Origin: Octopus bimaculoides
Lineage: Eukaryota
DNA length: 50,594 bases
Reading direction: 5' to 3'
NCBI RefSeq assembly: GCF_001194135.2
Contig: NC_068997.1
Location: 2,756,931 to 2,807,524 of the forward strand
Shown here piece by piece: positions 48,785-50,594 of this stretch. A program made the translations under genes and the position numbers. Under the pieces are notes generated by a model. It ran no database searches. It saw nothing but the letters and a program-made list of their open reading frames with translations, and was not told where the DNA came from. Position 1 is the stretch's first letter, and each line of letters starts with the position of its first letter.

Positions 48785-49334
48785 AGGTTTCTCAATTAAG
48801 GCTCACCATGGCTTACACATCGATGAAACACAGCTTACGTCACTTTGTATAGCCTAAAATAAGAATATATATATATATATATATATATATACGTTGAACA
48901 ATATAGCCCCTGATAAACCTATACAGACGGACGAGTCGGTCACAAATGGAATGCTTCGTTGTTATGTGTGCTCAATCCAGTTTGGCTCTGAAATGGAAGC
49001 GAACCACATTAAAAGAAAAGAAAAAAACATACGCAGGTGATTCGAACTCGAGACAATCGAGGCCGCTCTTACTGTCAAGTTAAATGGAGAACAACGTCTC
49101 GGTTGAATCATGGAATTTTCTCTGAGACTTTGTTTCTTTTCTGTTTTCTAACTGTTTTCTAATTTTGTCTGCTGGTGGCAGGGGAGGGAACTTGGAGGGG
49201 AGAGATTTGAGAGAAAAACACGGTAAACACGAAACTATGTTAACATTTGAAACAAAACCAAATGACATTTTAACGTGAATCGAACTGGAGAAACAATCGA
49301 TAAACCGTGTGAATTTTTAAATCTTGAACTATAC

Positions 49335-49335
<1 letters not shown>

Positions 49336-49429
<94 letters not shown>

Positions 49430-49438
49430 CGTGCGTGT
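49336..49438. repeat. Long (TG)n microsatellite
   Basis: Directly visible; one of dozens of (CA/TG), (TA) and (GA) tracts in the window. Confidence 0.95.
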
Positions 49439-49826
49439 GGTTATTTGAATATTGCTTTTAATGATTGTAAACGCTATTTTGTGCGGACGATGTGTGTATG
49501 AAACATCGGAACATCGCAGGAAAACATCGGGAAAGACTCCGGCATTCTTGCTTCTGTATCCGGCAGCTGAGAATCTGAACTAGGAGACTTGATGTGCATC
49601 TTAATTTGTAGTTACTGTATTGTTGTCGCCGTCATTGTTATTGTTTTGCCCCAAGCCATTTCGTCCCTCCGACTGGACAATCAGATCCATCTCTATTCAC
49701 TTACGCAAACGTACAAGTTGCTTGGTTATTTACCACAAGTTTAACTGGACTGCGCAGGACTATGGTCACATGTGTAGTCAGTCCAGTCATGACCACGTGG
49801 TCTTTTGGTACATCTTGGTACAACAT

Positions 49827-50185
49827 CTTTTTACTTGTTTCACTCATTAGACTGCGGTCATACTGGGGCACCGCCTTGAAGAATTTTAGTTGAACAGATA
49901 GACCCCAGGATTCTTTATTCTTTCAAAAGCTTCAATTATGGATATGTGAACTCCTAACTAACCATCAGTGGTTCTAAAGCAGCAGTAGGGAACCGACACA
50001 AACACAAAGACACACGTACATACATTCGACGGGCTTTCTTCAGTTTCCATCTACCAAATCCATTCACAAGATTTTGGTCGATCAGAAGATATAGCAAAAG
50101 AAACTTTCCCAAGGTGCCACGCATGGGACTGAACCTGGAACCATGTGGTTCGGAAGCAAGCTTCTTACTACATACCCACGCCTGA
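49827..50185 (-). mobile_element. SINE family A, near full length, short internal repeat
   Basis: Tail, partly deleted second half, short CA-rich spacer, first half and head CAGGCGTGGGTATGTAGTAAGAAGCTTGCTTCC..GGTTCAGTCCC. Confidence 0.85.
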
Positions 50186-50253
50186 AGTGATCAAAACATA
50201 TTCTGCAGTGATTAAAACTGCATTCACTGCATAATATGTTTTGATATACTGCA

Positions 50254-50291
<38 letters not shown>

Positions 50292-50514
50292 CTGTATACG
50301 TTTGTAGAGATACTCGTCAATTTATACTATGGAACATCGTCGGTGATGAGAGCAGTAGGTATAAGTTTTTACCTTATGCTTGAAACAGGAACTTGTACAC
50401 GGTTAACCAAAACTTTAATTCATTATCTTTCTTTAACCTACTCAGTTTCACTCAGAATATATGGGCAGACACGAGGTTATAGGAAATATGCCCAAGATAC
50501 CTCACAAGCGTTGG

Positions 50515-50569
<55 letters not shown>

Positions 50570-50594
50570 TATATATATATATATAAATATATAT

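Larger units (their letters stand above)
1..50594. other. 16 assembly gaps (N runs), e.g. 4928-5493, 6077-6587, 8719-9286, 13926-14349, 15188-15837, 32572-33122
   Basis: Directly visible. Most are flanked by (TA)n or other microsatellites, so content may be hidden. Confidence 0.98.

Noticed and set aside
674-50594. Many 60-330 aa ORFs rich in YI, CV, HT, SL or X
   Set aside because: They are translations of (TA)n, (TG)n, (CA)n and (GA)n tracts or N gaps, where stops are absent by construction.

Overview
Repeat-saturated, AT-rich eukaryotic DNA from a gapped short-read assembly (16 N gaps, nearly all bordered by microsatellites). The SINE families look like those of octopus/coleoid cephalopods; that is recognition from memory, not a database result. 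No intact protein-coding gene, rRNA, tRNA gene or CRISPR array is supportable, and most listed ORFs are microsatellite or gap artefacts. The window holds: about a dozen full or partial copies of a tRNA-headed SINE (family A) with an internal microsatellite and a LINE-derived tail; two other tRNA-headed SINE families (B, C); a decayed CR1/L2-type LINE plus a second 3' fragment of it; a 5'-truncated R4/Dong-type RLE retroelement ending in (TAA)n; two Penelope-like GIY-YIG fragments; two decayed mariner transposons; two hAT-type MITEs; a Helitron-like 5' end; and a few possible host exons. The strongest leads are (1) a type I hammerhead ribozyme with a complete catalytic core and an unusually long (~87 nt) stem II, lying downstream of a Penelope-like endonuclease, and (2) a SINE/LINE partnership visible as a shared 3' tail whose stem-loop shows a compensatory base-pair change.
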